Source of the DNA: an uncultured Chloroflexia bacterium | Lineage (GTDB): Bacteria; Chloroflexota; Limnocylindria; QHBO01 | Assembly: GCA_963827475.1 (NCBI GenBank) | Contig: CAWHAZ010000005.1 | Location: forward strand, 544,001 to 608,000 | Direction: 5' to 3' | Length of the DNA stretch: 64,000 bases | Shown here: positions 42,890 to 54,160 of the stretch, in pieces | Layout: every line of letters starts with the position of its first letter | Position numbering within the stretch: the stretch's first letter is position 1 | The notes under the pieces: model-generated | The model's database searches: none | Told to the model about the DNA's origin: nothing | The model's input: the letters and a program-made list of their open reading frames with translations, nothing else | Translations under genes and position numbers: made by a program

Positions 42890-44951
42890 TCAGTCGAGGT
42901 GGTACGGGACGTCGACCACGATCGTGTTGCGCCGCCCGAACAGGCGCAGCTTGAGGCGCAGGCTCGACTGGTTGTGGAGGAAGTTCTCCCACCAGTGGCG
43001 GGGCACGATCTCGGACAGCACGACGACCACCGGCCGCGACGGGTCCTGCGACTGGAGCGCGTCCATGTAGCGCAGCAGGGGGCCCATCAGCGCGCGGTAC
43101 GGCGACTCGACCACCACCAGCTCCATCCCGTTGCCCAGCGCGGTCCACTGCTCGCGGAGCGCGCCGCATCGGCGGCATCGTTGGTGACGTGGATGGCGCG
43201 TGGCCCGGTCGCTCAGCTTGCGGGCGAAGGCGAGCGCGCCGAGCGCGGGCCGGTCGAGGCGGGCGATCGGGCACGATCACGATCGGCTCGGCGGTCGGAG
43301 ACGGCTGGTCGTCAGCCGCGAGCATCGGTCCGCAGCGCGGCGTCGAAGGATCGGTAGTGGCGCCGGATGCCGGTCAGCAGCGCCATCAGCAGCGGGACGA
43401 GCACGATCACCAGCCAGGCGCCGGAGGTGAAGTTGCTGACGCCCACGACCAGCGGCCACGACCAGGGTCGTGGCCGCGCCCAGCCCGTTGATGACCAGGC
43501 CGCGCTGCCAGCCCGGCTCGCGGCGGGTCCACCAGCGGCGCAGCATGCCGCCCTGGGACAGGGTGAAGGCGATGAACACGCCCAGGGTGTAGAGCGGGAT
43601 CAGGCCGGCCACGCTGGCGTTGAACAGGACGAGGAGGACGACCGCCAGGCCGGCGAGGGACACGATGCCGGTGGTGAACGCCAGCCGGTCGCCGCGGAAG
43701 GCGAACTGCCGGGGCAGGAACCCGTCGCGGGCCAGGAACGAGGACAGGCGCGGGAAGTCGGCGAAGCTGGTGTTGGCGGCCAGGATGAGGATCAGGCTGG
43801 TCGCGACCTGGGCCAGGATCAGGATCCAGCCCTCGCCGGCGATCTGCCGCACGAGCTGGCTGAGGACCGTCTGCTGCTCCGTTGGATCGGGGACCAGGCC
43901 GATGGTCGCCGACAGGTAGGCGATCCCCAGGAACAGGATGCCGAAGATGGCGGCCGCCCAGGTCAGCGTCGTCCGCGCGTTGCGCCACTCCGGCGGCTTG
44001 AAGGCCGGGACGCCGTCGGACACCGCCTCCACTCCGGTCAGCGCCACGGCGCCCTGGGAGAACGCGCGGAGCAGGAGCAGGAGGGTCAGCGCCTGCACCC
44101 CGGTCTCGGGCTCGAGCCACTCCGGCGGCGGGTTGTATGGGGCGAGGTTGCCGGTCGCCGACTGGACCAGGCCCCAGGCCACGATGCCCAGGATGACGAG
44201 GATGTACAGGTACGTCGGGGCCATGAAGATCGTGCCCGACTCGCGGATCCCACGCAGGTTGCCGACCGTCAGCAGGGCGATGGCAGTCACGCCGATCGGG
44301 ACCCGGTAGTCGTACAGGATCGGCACGATCGAGGTCATGGCCGCCACCCCGGCCGAGACCGATACGGCCACGGTCACGACGTAGCCGATGAGCAGGGCCG
44401 AGGCGGCGAGGATGCCCATCGTGTCGCCCAGGTTGTCGCCGGCGACGAGGTAGCTGCTGGCGCCCTTGGGGTAGGCCTTGATCGTCTGCCGGTACGAGAC
44501 GGTGACGATGGCGAGCATGACGATGATCAGGACCGCCAGGGTCACGGTCCAGGCCGACATCGCCGCCAGCCCGGCGAGGGCCAGGACCCGCATGATCTCC
44601 TCGGGACCGTAGGCGCTGGAGCTGATGTTGTCGGAGCTGAAGATGGCCATGCCCTTGACCTTCGTCAGCCGCTCGTGCTCCTCGTGCTCCGACGAGATCG
44701 GGCGCCCAAAGAGGAACGAGCGAGCGCCGCGGAACCAGCGGCTGACCGGGCCGGCCGCGTGCGATCGCCTTCTCCGAGGCGATGAGCTGGCCCTCGTCGC
44801 CGTGCTCGAACTCCTCCTCGAACGGGCGCACGATCCGGACGTAGGCATCACCCGGCCGTCGCCCGCGGGTCTTCTCGCGGACCTCGAGCATGGGGTCGAC
44901 GGTGGGGCCACCCGGCTCGCGGGGCGGCTCGTTCGGGCGGCGCGTCGTCAT
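42890..44951 (-). CDS. APC family KimA/YdaO-like transporter; several frameshifts
   Basis: FSSDNISSSAYGPEE, SYRQTIKAYP.G..SY, ALTGVEAVSDGVPAFKPP, WWENFLHNQ. Confidence 0.9.
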
Positions 44952-45003
44952 CTGTCGGCCGTATTACAGCACTCGCCGCGCCGACCGGGGCGGGTGCGCC
45001 GCG

Positions 45004-46511
45004 TCAGGCGAGACGGAGGACGACGCCCTCGTCCGGCGGCAGGTGCAGGCGGCGGCCGTCGGCCGCCAGATCGTCGACGGTGGCGGCCACCGGGCGGCGT
45101 CGCACGCCCTCGGGGAGCGGGACGCGAACCGCGGAGCCGCCCATGTTGGCGACGACCAGCAGCCGCTCCCGGCCCGCGGCCCGTTCGTAGGCGAGCACAC
45201 CCGGCCCCAGGTCGCGACGGAGGGTCAGCGAGCCATGACCGATGGCGGGGGAACGGCGTCGGAGCGCGATGAGCGATCGGTACAGCGCGAACAGCGATGC
45301 CGTCATCGGCGCGCTGGCGCGCGGCGGCGGCCCAGTCCATCGGCGCCCGCGCCGGATCGCGGCCCGCGAGGTCGTTCGTGGACCACGGCGCCGCCGGCGC
45401 CACGTCCTCCATGCCCAGCTCCTCCCCCTGGTACAGGCACACGGCCCCGCGCAGGGTGAGCAGGATGAGGGCCGCCAGGCGGGCACGGGACGGTCCCCAC
45501 CGGGTCGCGTGGCGCGACAGATCGTGGTTGGAGAAGACCCAGGTCGGGTCCAGCGGCGGGGGAAGGTGGTGCTCCGCGGATGCGATCGCGCGACGGAAGG
45601 CGGCCGCCTCCCACGGGGACTTCGCGAGCTGGTGGGCGAGCGCGAGGTGGACGCCGTCGCGCCCGGCTGCGGCCGAGGGCGGTCGCCAGGCGCTCGGCCG
45701 GCGCGTACAGCTCGCCCACGAGGATCGTTCCGGGGTAACCGTCGCTCACCTGGCGCAGCTCGCGGAGGATGCGGGCCACTCCGCGCTGGTCGCGGCTCCA
45801 GCGGCGCCGGAGGCCGCCCGGCTCGGGGGGCCACGGCGGGCGGACGCGGACGGCCGGCGGGTTGTCGCGGAGCTGGGGGTCCTTGAGCAGGTACTGGACC
45901 GCATCGAGCCGGAGCCCGTCGACGCCGCGGTCGAGCCAGAAGCGGATGACCTCCGCCATGGCCGCCCGGACGGCCGGGTTGCGCCAGTTCAGGTCGGGCT
46001 GCTCGGGGTAGAACGAGTGGTGGTACCACTGCCCGGTGCCGGGGTCTCGCGTCCACGCCGGGCCGCCGAACTCGGCCACCCAGTTGTTCGGTGGTCCGCC
46101 GTCGGCCCGCCCGTCCGCCCACACGAACCAGTCGCGCCGCGGATCGGTCCGCGAGGACCTGGCCGCGACGAACCAGGGGTGGCGGTCCGAGACGTGCCCC
46201 ACCACGAGGTCAAGGAGGACCCGGATGCCGGCGCGGTGGCAGGCGTCGATCAGGTCGGTGACGTCGGCCAGGCTGCCGAACTCGGGACTGACCGCCGTGT
46301 GGTCGGTGACGTCGTACCCACCATCCACTCCGCCGTGGGGGTAGAACGGGGCGAGCCAGACGGCGTCCACGCCCAGGCCACCCGCGCCGGCGACGTGATC
46401 GAGATGCGCGGCGATGCCCCGCAGGTCACCGACCCCGTCCCCGTCCGAGTCGGCGAAGGCCCGCGGATAGACCTCGTAGATGACGCACCCGTCCCACCAG
46501 GGACGGGTCAT
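45004..46511 (-). CDS. GH13 alpha-glucosidase-like glycosidase; frameshifts near 45300 and 45660
   Basis: YEVYPRAFADSDGDGVGDL, QPDLNW, GLRLDAV, SNHD, LYQGEELG. Confidence 0.9.
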
Positions 46512-47774
46512 GCCTCGCGCATCTGGGCGGGAACGCCCCACACCACGCCGGCGAGCGCGGTGATCACGATCAGCGCCCCGGCAACCGCGAACATCAGCGA
46601 CGCGGCCCCGACGTCGACCAGGGCGCCGGACGCGGCCATCGACACCGGGGACAGGGCCACCCCGCCGATCATGACCAGGCTCATCACCCGGCCGACCATG
46701 TCCTCCGGGGTCCGCGCCTGGAGCCAGGCCACGATCCGCACGTTCAGGAATCCCACCGCCAGACCGATGGCCAGGGCGAGGACCATCACCACCACCTCGG
46801 ACGTGGCCAGGGCGATCAGCCCGACCGCGACGCCCATCAGCACCGACCCGCCGATCGTCAGCCACCCGAGCTGGCGAACCCGGCCGAGGCTGCCGGCCAC
46901 GACCGCGCCGAGCAGCGCCCCCGCGCCGAACGCGGCGAGGATGAAGCCGTAGGCCTGCGCACCGCCCTCGAATCGGTTGTCGGCCAGCCAGGCCATCCCG
47001 ACCGTGATCGGTCCGTTGAGGGCGAAGTTCAGGACCGCCGACAGCAGGATGAGCGAGCGAATGGCGGGATCCCGCCACACGAACGCCAGACCGATCCGGA
47101 TCGTCTGCAGCACACCGGGCTGGTGCTCGCCGATGACCGTCGGCCGCCGCCCACCGACGATGAACGACAGGGCCAGCGCGGCGACCGCGAACGACACGGC
47201 ATCGATCCCGAACGCCCACGCCGTCCCGACCGACGCGACCAGGATCCCGGCCAGCGCCGGACCGATGAGGCCCGCCAGCTGCTGGCTGCCCTGCATGAGG
47301 CCGTTCGCGCCGGGGAGCTCGTCCTCCGAGACGAGCATCGGGATCATGGCGCCCTGGGCGGGCCAGAAGAACGCGTCGACCATCCCGAACACGAACGCGA
47401 GGACGAACAGCATCCACAGCTCGACCTGGCCGGTGAACACGAGGACGGCGAGGATCGCCGACCACGACGGCCCGCAACGCGTTGGAGACGAGCATGATCG
47501 TGCGCGGCGAGAACCGGTCCGCCGCCACGCCGCCGAACAGGACGAGCACGACCCGGGGAAGCCCGGCCACCAGCAGGACGGAGCCGAGGACCAGCCCGGA
47601 GCCGGTGAGCTCCAGGGCGAGCCAGGCCAGGGCGATGAAGTGGAAGTGGTCCCCGAGGAGCGAGATCGTCTCCCCGATGAACAGCAGCCGGAAGTCGCGC
47701 CCGCCGAGCGGTCGGAACATGCGGCCCAGCCCCGCCGGCGCGGCGGCGACCGGGGTCGTTGCCTCGTCCATCAC
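46508..47774 (-). CDS. MFS transporter (DHA3-like); frameshift near 47460
   Basis: DFRLLFIGE.IS.LG, GGVAADRFSPR, GPALAG, QARTP..MVGRVMS. Confidence 0.9.
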
Positions 47775-48145
47775 TCGAGGCTGATCTGGACGGCGTCGCC
47801 GTCGGGATCTTCGACGTCGATGATCGGACCGATGGCGCCGCCCTCGAGGGCGGCGCGGACCCGGGCCGCCTGCTCACCGGCGAGGCCGGGAACCATGTTG
47901 AGCGCGGTCTCCGCCACCGACAGCGGGACGCGCAGGTTGACCACCGTCCGGCCGCGCTCTTCGACGCGGATCCGGAGCTGCCGCGGCCCGGCATCCAGGA
48001 CGCGCCCGGACGCCGGGGCCACGGCAGAAGAGGGGGGAGGGGCTGACCGATCGGTCAGGGCGGCCACCAGCGGCGCCGCCTCTTCCGGAGTCAGCCGACC
48101 CTCGGCGACGAGACGAAGGAGGGCTTCGAGCTCGTCGCTCATCAT
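47771..48145 (-). CDS. SHOCT-like domain protein
   Basis: LLRLVAEGRLTPEEA N-terminus, LRIRV..VNLRVPL, IIDVED..GDAVQI. Confidence 0.8.
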   Translation of the reverse strand: MMSDELEALLRLVAEGRLTPEEAAPLVAALTDRSAPPPSSAVAPASGRVLDAGPRQLRIRVEERGRTVVNLRVPLSVAETALNMVPGLAGEQAARVRAALEGGAIGPIIDVEDPDGDAVQISLE

Positions 48146-49173
48146 TCGCCTCCGAGGCGACGCATCGCCTCGTCGACGTCGATCTCGCCGCGTTCCAGTG
48201 CCGCGAGGATCTCCGTCCGCGGATCGGCGACCGACTCGTCCGAGTTTGCGGACGTGGACGCTGAGGCCGAGGCCGATGCGGAGGCCGTGCCCGTTGATGC
48301 CCTTGCGGTCGTGGTCACGGCAGCCGTCCGCGACGCCGCCTGGCGCGACCGGGTGATGGACATGTCGCCGGACATCGAGCTGAACGTCAGCACCGCGATC
48401 CCGTCGCCCACGATCAGGCGACGCCGATCGGCGCTGCCCTCGACGCGGTGGGGGACCGACGAGTGGACGTCGCTGGCGAGGCCGCGGACGGTGATCGTCA
48501 TCCCGCTGTCTGACGCCAGGCGAAGGTCGCCGCTCACCGTCTCCACAGCATGCGTGACCCCGTCCTCGAGATTGCCGTCGACCGAGATGTCGCCACTCAC
48601 CGCGTTGAGGTCGAGGCGGCCGAAGGATGGTGCCTCCGCCGAGAGGTCGCCGGAGACGGTGTTCACGTTCATGGTGGCCGGCTCGAGGGCCCGCAGGCTC
48701 ACGTCGCCGGACACCGATTGGATCTGCAGCTCGCCGCCGCCATCGGTCAGGCGCAGGTCGCCCGAGACGCTCTCGTAGCGCTGCCGACCCCGGAAACCGG
48801 TGGCCTGGACGTCGCCGCTCACCGCCTGGATTCCCAGCCGGACCCCGGGCGGTGCGGTGGCCTCGATGTCCCTGAGCTCGACGTGGTGCCCGCCGAGAAC
48901 AAGGTTGATCGCCCCACCAATCCCGCGCACCCGACCGGAGTCGTCGGCGACGCGCAGCCGTCCGCTCGACGCGTCGACGGTCATCTTGGACGCCTCGAAG
49001 ATCGCGTCGGCCTCGCGCTCGTCCTTGGCGTTCACCTCGAAGGTCGCCTGGAGGTCCGCCGTGTCGCCGGGCACCGCGGTCAACCGAATGTCCGCGGAGG
49101 TGACACTCACCTCGAGCGATCCGGACGGGCCGACGTCATGGGTGATGGTCTGGACGCGCCGGAACCGGGGCAT
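48142..49173 (-). CDS. DUF4097 beta-repeat protein with C-terminal SHOCT-like helix
   Basis: repeated (V/M)SGD motifs; ILAALERGEIDVDEA. Confidence 0.88.
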   Translation of the reverse strand: MPRFRRVQTITHDVGPSGSLEVSVTSADIRLTAVPGDTADLQATFEVNAKDEREADAIFEASKMTVDASSGRLRVADDSGRVRGIGGAINLVLGGHHVELRDIEATAPPGVRLGIQAVSGDVQATGFRGRQRYESVSGDLRLTDGGGELQIQSVSGDVSLRALEPATMNVNTVSGDLSAEAPSFGRLDLNAVSGDISVDGNLEDGVTHAVETVSGDLRLASDSGMTITVRGLASDVHSSVPHRVEGSADRRRLIVGDGIAVLTFSSMSGDMSITRSRQAASRTAAVTTTARASTGTASASASASASTSANSDESVADPRTEILAALERGEIDVDEAMRRLGGE

Positions 49174-49598
49174 CAGGCCTTCGACTCCACACCCCGAAGG
49201 GCTTCGGCCGCACCAGCGGCATCGATGTCGCCCTTGGCCAGCCGCTCGAGGATCTCGCGGCGGGCGGCGGCGAGGGTCGGGTCCGCCAGCTCGGGCTCGA
49301 CGTCGACGACGATGTCGGCCGGGTCCCCATCCGCCAGCCCGAGAGCCTGGACCAGGGCCTCGACACGGGCGCGAACGGTGGGATACGAGATACCGAGCGC
49401 GCGCTCCATCTCCTTCAGGTTGCCCCGCGAGCGGAGGAAGCTCTCGAGGAGCGCCATCTGCTCGTGGCTCAGCCGCCCGAAGCGGCCGACGCCGAACTCA
49501 CCTTCGATCGTCGTTCCGCAGGTGCTGCAATGGAGGCGGCTGATCTCCAGCTCGCCGGAGCAGACCGGGCAGGTGGCAATGACGTCGCGCGGTGCCAT
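49173..49598 (-). CDS. DUF2089 family protein (Zn ribbon, HTH, SHOCT-like)
   Basis: CPVC, CSTCGT.IEG.F, GNLKEMERALGISYPTVR. Confidence 0.92.
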   Translation of the reverse strand: MAPRDVIATCPVCSGELEISRLHCSTCGTTIEGEFGVGRFGRLSHEQMALLESFLRSRGNLKEMERALGISYPTVRARVEALVQALGLADGDPADIVVDVEPELADPTLAAARREILERLAKGDIDAAGAAEALRGVESKA

Positions 49599-49741
49599 CA
49601 GCGCTGGGTCGTGGCCGCGGCCTGGCGCGGTGCTTCGCGGTGGTGGATGCGCGTCGCCGGCCGGGTGGTCTCGGTCGGGCGCTGCCGGCGCAGCCGGTCC
49701 TCGATGACCAGCTGAGCGTAGTGAATGCGGTAGTCCAACAT
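49598..49741 (-). CDS. small 47-aa ORF heading the DUF2089 operon
   Basis: AAGGAG RBS; MLDYRIHYAQLVIEDRLRRQRP..; its TGA overlaps the DUF2089 ATG (TGATG). Confidence 0.65.
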   Translation of the reverse strand: MLDYRIHYAQLVIEDRLRRQRPTETTRPATRIHHREAPRQAAATTQR

Positions 49742-49775
49742 CCCTGTCTCCTTATCTGAGTGGCTCGATGCGGAG

Positions 49776-49821
49776 ACAGTAACTTCCTCTTTCTATTCTG
49801 TCAAGTCCTTTTTCTATTCTG
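49776..49821 (-). promoter_or_regulatory. promoter with direct-repeat operator
   Basis: minus strand TTGACA-N17-TACTGT; CAGAATAGAAA at 49790-49800 and 49811-49821. Confidence 0.7.
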
Positions 49822-52544
49822 CCTGTTTCTCTTTCGTTTCCGGTGCCGGAGACGCCGATTCGGAAGGTTCGACCGATGCGGGATCGCCCCGGTCCGGGTC
49901 GATCCCGAGCGCCTCCCGGGCTTTCACGAGCTCATCGGCCGAGACTTCGCCGCCGTGGTGCAGACCAACCAGAGCCGCATAGGCGATGTGCTCGGGGCTG
50001 ACCTCGAAGTAGTCCCGCAGCGCGTCGCGCGTGTCGGACCGGCCGAATCCGTCCGTGCCGAGCACGATGTACGGGCGGTCGATCCAGCGGGCGACCATGT
50101 CCGGCACCGCCTTCACGTAGTCGGTGGCAGCCACCACCGGGCCCGGCGCGTCGGCCAGCTGGCGGACGACGTACGGGATCCACGGCTCGTCGTCGGGCTG
50201 GAGCCGGTTGTGGCGCTCCACCCGCAGGGCATCAGCCCGCAGCTGCTGGTAGGAGGTCGCGCTCCATACGTCGGCCGCCACCCCGAACTGCTCGGCCAGC
50301 ACGTCCGCGGCGCGCAGGACCTGGTGGAGGATCGATCCCGATCCAAGGAGCTGGACACGCCGTCCGGCTCCGGCCGCCGGCCGGTATCGGTACAGGCCCC
50401 GGATGATGCCCTTCGTCACCCCGTCGGGAAGGGCCGGCTGGGTCCAGTTCTCGTTGTAGAGGGTGATGTAGTAGAAGACGTCCTCGCCGGCCTGCCACAT
50501 CCGCCGGATGCCGTCGCGGACGATGACCCCCAGCTCGAAGGCGAAGGCCGGGTCGTACGACAGCAGATTCGGGATCGCCAGCGCGTAGAGGTGGCTCTGG
50601 CCGTCGTCGTGCTGGAGACCCTCCCCGGTGAGCGTGGTGCGACCGGCGGTCGCGCCCATCAGGAAGCCGCGCCCGCGCGCATCGCCGAAGGCCCACACCT
50701 GGTCACCGGTCCGCTGCAGGCCGAACATCGAGTAGAAGGTGTAGAACGGGATCATCGGCTCGCCGTGGACCGAGTAGGCGGTGCCGGCCGCGGTGAACGA
50801 GGCCATCGATCCGGCCTCGGTGATGCCCTCCTCCAGGATTTGGCCGTCGGCTGCCTCGCGATACGAGAGCAGCAGCTGCTGGTCGACCGAGGTGTACCGC
50901 TGGCCGAGCGGGTTGTAGATCCCCAGCTCCTTGAACAGCGGGTCCATGCCGAAGGTGCGTGCCTCGTCGGGAATGATCGGGACCACCCGGCGGCCCAGCT
51001 CGGGGTCCCGGACGAGGTTGCGGAGCAGCCGGCCGAAGGCCATGGTCGTGGAGGCGGGCTGCGCGGCCCCGGCCAGGACGTCGGTGAACACCGCCTCCCC
51101 GGGGGCGGGCAGCGGCTCGACGGTCGCGCGCCGGCGGGGGAGGGTGCCGCCGAGGGCTGCGCGCCGCTCGAGCATGTACTGGATCTCCGCGCTGTCGGCG
51201 CCGGGGTGGTAGTAGGGCGCGTCCGCCAGCTGCTCGTCGGGGATCGGCAGCTGGAGCCGATCGCGGAAGATTCGCAGCTCGTCCTCGGTCAGCTTCTTCG
51301 CCTGGTGGGTGATGTTCCGAGCCTCGATCCCCGGCCCCAGCGTCCACCCCTTCACCGTCTTGGCCAGGATCACGACCGGCGCACCCTGGTGGTGGGTGGC
51401 GTAGTGGTACGCGGCGTACAGCTTGCGGTAGTCGTGGCCGCCGCGGCGGAGCGCAGCCAGCTCGGCATCGGTCTTGTCGGCCACCATCGCCTGGAGCCGC
51501 GGATCCGGCCCGAAGAAGTGCTCGCGGACGTAGGCGCCGTCGGCGACCGAGAGGGTCTGGTAATCACCGTCGAGGGTCTCGGTCATCTTGTTGAGGAGCA
51601 CGCCATCGGTGTCCTGCTCCAGCAGCGCGTCCCACTCGCGTGACCAGATCACCTTGATGACGTGCCAGCCGGCGCCGCGGAACACCGACTCCAGCTCCTG
51701 GATGATCTTGCCGTTGCCGCGGACCGGGCCGTCGAGCCGCTGGAGGTTGCAGTTCACGACGAAGATGAGGTTGTCGAGCCCCTCGCGTGCCGCCAGGCTC
51801 AGCCCGGCCAGTGCCTCGGGCTCGTCCATCTCGCCGTCGCCGACGAAGGCCCACACCCGGGAGTCAGAGGTGTCCACGATGCCGCGGGCCGCAAGGTAGC
51901 GGTTGAAGCGCGCCTGGTAGATCGCGGCCAGGGGGCCGAGGCCCATCGAAACGGTCGGGAACTGCCAGAAGTCGGGCATCGTCCGCGGGTGCGGGTACGA
52001 CGGCAGGCCGTCCGGCCAGAGCGCCTCGCGCCGGAAGTGGTCGAGCTGCTCCACCGACAGGCGGCCCTCGAGGAACGCGCGGGCATAGACCCCCGGCGCG
52101 GCGTGGCCCTGGAAGTAGACGAGGTCGCCCGGACCGTCGTCCCAGCCGCGGAAGAAGTGGTTGAAGCCGACCTCGTACAGGCTGGCGGCCGACGCGTAGG
52201 TCGACAGGTGGCCGCCGATGCCCTCGTAGCGGCTGTTGGCCCGCAGGACCATGACCAGCGCGTTCCAGCGGATCATCCGCCGGATCCGCAGCTCCATCTG
52301 CTCGTCGCCGGGGAACGCCGGCTCCTGCTCGGCGGAGATCGTGTTCACGTAGCGGGTCTGGGTCAGCGGGCGGCAGGCCGACCTGGAGCTGCCGCGCCCG
52401 CTTGAGGAGCCGGAACAGGATGAACCGGGCACGTTCCGGTCCCTCCTCCGCGACGACCGCGTCGAGCGAGTCGAGCCACTCGTCGGTCTCGGTCGGATCG
52501 GGGTCGGGCAGCTGCTGTTTGAACTGGTCGAAGACGTCGTGCAC
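49814..52544 (-). CDS. aceE: pyruvate dehydrogenase E1, homodimeric type; frameshift near 52370
   Basis: DPDPTET.EWLDSL, GGHLSTYAS, GDGEMDE, NLQRLDGPVRGN, TGEGLQH.DG. Confidence 0.97.
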
Positions 52545-52582
52545 GGTCGGCCCATCCTACCGGCAGATAGACTGGATGACCG

Positions 52583-52897
52583 ATGTCCCGCGCCGAACGA
52601 CGCCAGTACCAGCGGATGATGAAGGGCCAGGATCCGTACGCCCAGCCGTCGCGTGGCGGCGCGAAAAAGCCACCCCGCCGAACGGGGCCGCGCGAGCCGC
52701 GGGACTGGTCGTTCCACCGCGGCTTCTGGCTGAAGAGCATCGGCATCGCGGCCGTCGTCGGGCTCGTCGGTCTGTCGGTCGTCTGGTCCCGCGGAGCGGA
52801 GCTGGCGCTCCTGGTCGGCGCGGTCACGGCGGTGGCGACGGTCGTGCTGCTCGCCCTGTTCCGGCTCGTCCTCCAGCGGCGGACCGCGCCCCGCTGA
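52583..52897 (+). CDS. small membrane protein (basic N-terminus, two TM helices)
   Basis: MSRAERR.. then two hydrophobic helices; operonic with plsY. Confidence 0.65.
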   Translation: MSRAERRQYQRMMKGQDPYAQPSRGGAKKPPRRTGPREPRDWSFHRGFWLKSIGIAAVVGLVGLSVVWSRGAELALLVGAVTAVATVVLLALFRLVLQRRTAPR

Positions 52898-52901
52898 GCT
52901 G

Positions 52902-53552
52902 GTGGAGCCGCTTCTCGGCCCGGCTGGCGCGCTCCTCGGCCTGGCGACCGCGCTCGTCCTCGGCTACGTCCTGGGCGCCATCCCGTTCGGGGTGGTCATC
53001 GCGCGCCTGGTCGGCGGGGCTGACCCGCGCTCGGTGGGATCGCAGCGCACCGGGGCCACCAACACGGTCCGCGCGCTCGGCCCGGGCTGGGGCCTGGTGG
53101 TCGGCCTGCTCGACGTGGCCAAGGGGCTGGTCGCCGCCGCGGCCGGGGCGGCGATCGGGAGCGCGGTTGGCCTGATCCCGGAGTGGGTGGCGGCCGGCAG
53201 CTGCGTGGCCGCGGTCAGCGGCCACATCCGGTCGGTGTTCATCGGCTTCCGCGGCGGGCGCGGCGTGGCCACCGCCGCCGGCGGCTTCCTGGTCCTCGTT
53301 CCGCTGGCGCTGGTGATCGTGATCCCGATCATCGGGGCGGTGGTGGCGGTCACCCGCTACGTGTCGCTGGGCTCGATCGTCGGCGCCATCAGCGCCCCAC
53401 TGGTGGTGGCCGTCCTGTACGGGCTGGGCCGCGCGTCGGGCGCCGACATCGCCTACTCGGCCATGGTCGGGGGGCTGGTCGTGCTGGCCCACGCGGACAA
53501 CATCGCCCGCCTGCGGGCCGGGACCGAGCGACGGATCGGTGACCCCCGATGA
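52902..53552 (+). CDS. plsY: glycerol-3-phosphate acyltransferase
   Basis: GAIPFG, GS..TGATN..R, DVAKG, GH, FRGGRGVAT, H.DNI.RL..GTE. Confidence 0.95.
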   Translation: MEPLLGPAGALLGLATALVLGYVLGAIPFGVVIARLVGGADPRSVGSQRTGATNTVRALGPGWGLVVGLLDVAKGLVAAAAGAAIGSAVGLIPEWVAAGSCVAAVSGHIRSVFIGFRGGRGVATAAGGFLVLVPLALVIVIPIIGAVVAVTRYVSLGSIVGAISAPLVVAVLYGLGRASGADIAYSAMVGGLVVLAHADNIARLRAGTERRIGDPR

Positions 53553-54160
53553 CCCGGTTGTGGACGCTCCCGAACCTGCTCGGCCTGTTCCGGCTGCTGG
53601 CGACCCCGGTCATCGCCGTCCTCATCCTGTGGCCGTTCCCCGGGGCCGGCCTGCTCGCGTTCATCCTCTTCGTCCCCGCGGCGCTGTCCGACCTCCTCGA
53701 CGGATGGCTGGCCCGCTCCCGCGGCCAGGTCACGACCCTCGGGGCCTTCCTCGACCTCACCGCCGACAAGGTCCTGGTGGCCGCGCTGCTCATCGCCCTG
53801 GTGGAGCCGGGGCTCGCCCCGGCGTGGCTGGTGATCGTGATCCTCGTCCGCGAGTTCCTCGTCGGCGGAGCCCGCCAGGTGGCCGCATCCGAGCAGCTGC
53901 TCGTCGGCTCCCAGGTCGCGGGCAAGGCGAAGACGGTGGTGACCCTGATCGCCATCGGTCTGCTGCTCCTGGCGTTCGATGCGCAGACCGGCGGACCGAC
54001 GGCCACCATCGGCATCGGTGTGCTGGCCGAGACGGTGGGCACGTGGTTGCTGCTGGCAGGGATGGCCCTCGCCATCGTGTCGGGCGTCGACTACCTCAGC
54101 CGGGCGTGGCCGCTCCTGGCCGCGCGGGACGATGCGGAGGAGATCCCGCCCCCTACTTGA
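53549..54160 (+). CDS. pgsA: CDP-alcohol phosphatidyltransferase (PgsA-like)
   Basis: LPN.L...R, DLLDGWLAR...TTLGAFLD..ADK. Confidence 0.88.
   Translation: MTRLWTLPNLLGLFRLLATPVIAVLILWPFPGAGLLAFILFVPAALSDLLDGWLARSRGQVTTLGAFLDLTADKVLVAALLIALVEPGLAPAWLVIVILVREFLVGGARQVAASEQLLVGSQVAGKAKTVVTLIAIGLLLLAFDAQTGGPTATIGIGVLAETVGTWLLLAGMALAIVSGVDYLSRAWPLLAARDDAEEIPPPT

Noticed and set aside
44951-45004. Expected ydaO riboswitch upstream of the KimA-like gene
   Set aside because: Only about 50 bp of intergenic space and no matching motif
52360-52380. Programmed frameshifting in aceE, lipA and others
   Set aside because: No shared slippery sequence seen; breaks are scattered over unrelated housekeeping genes, as expected for assembly errors
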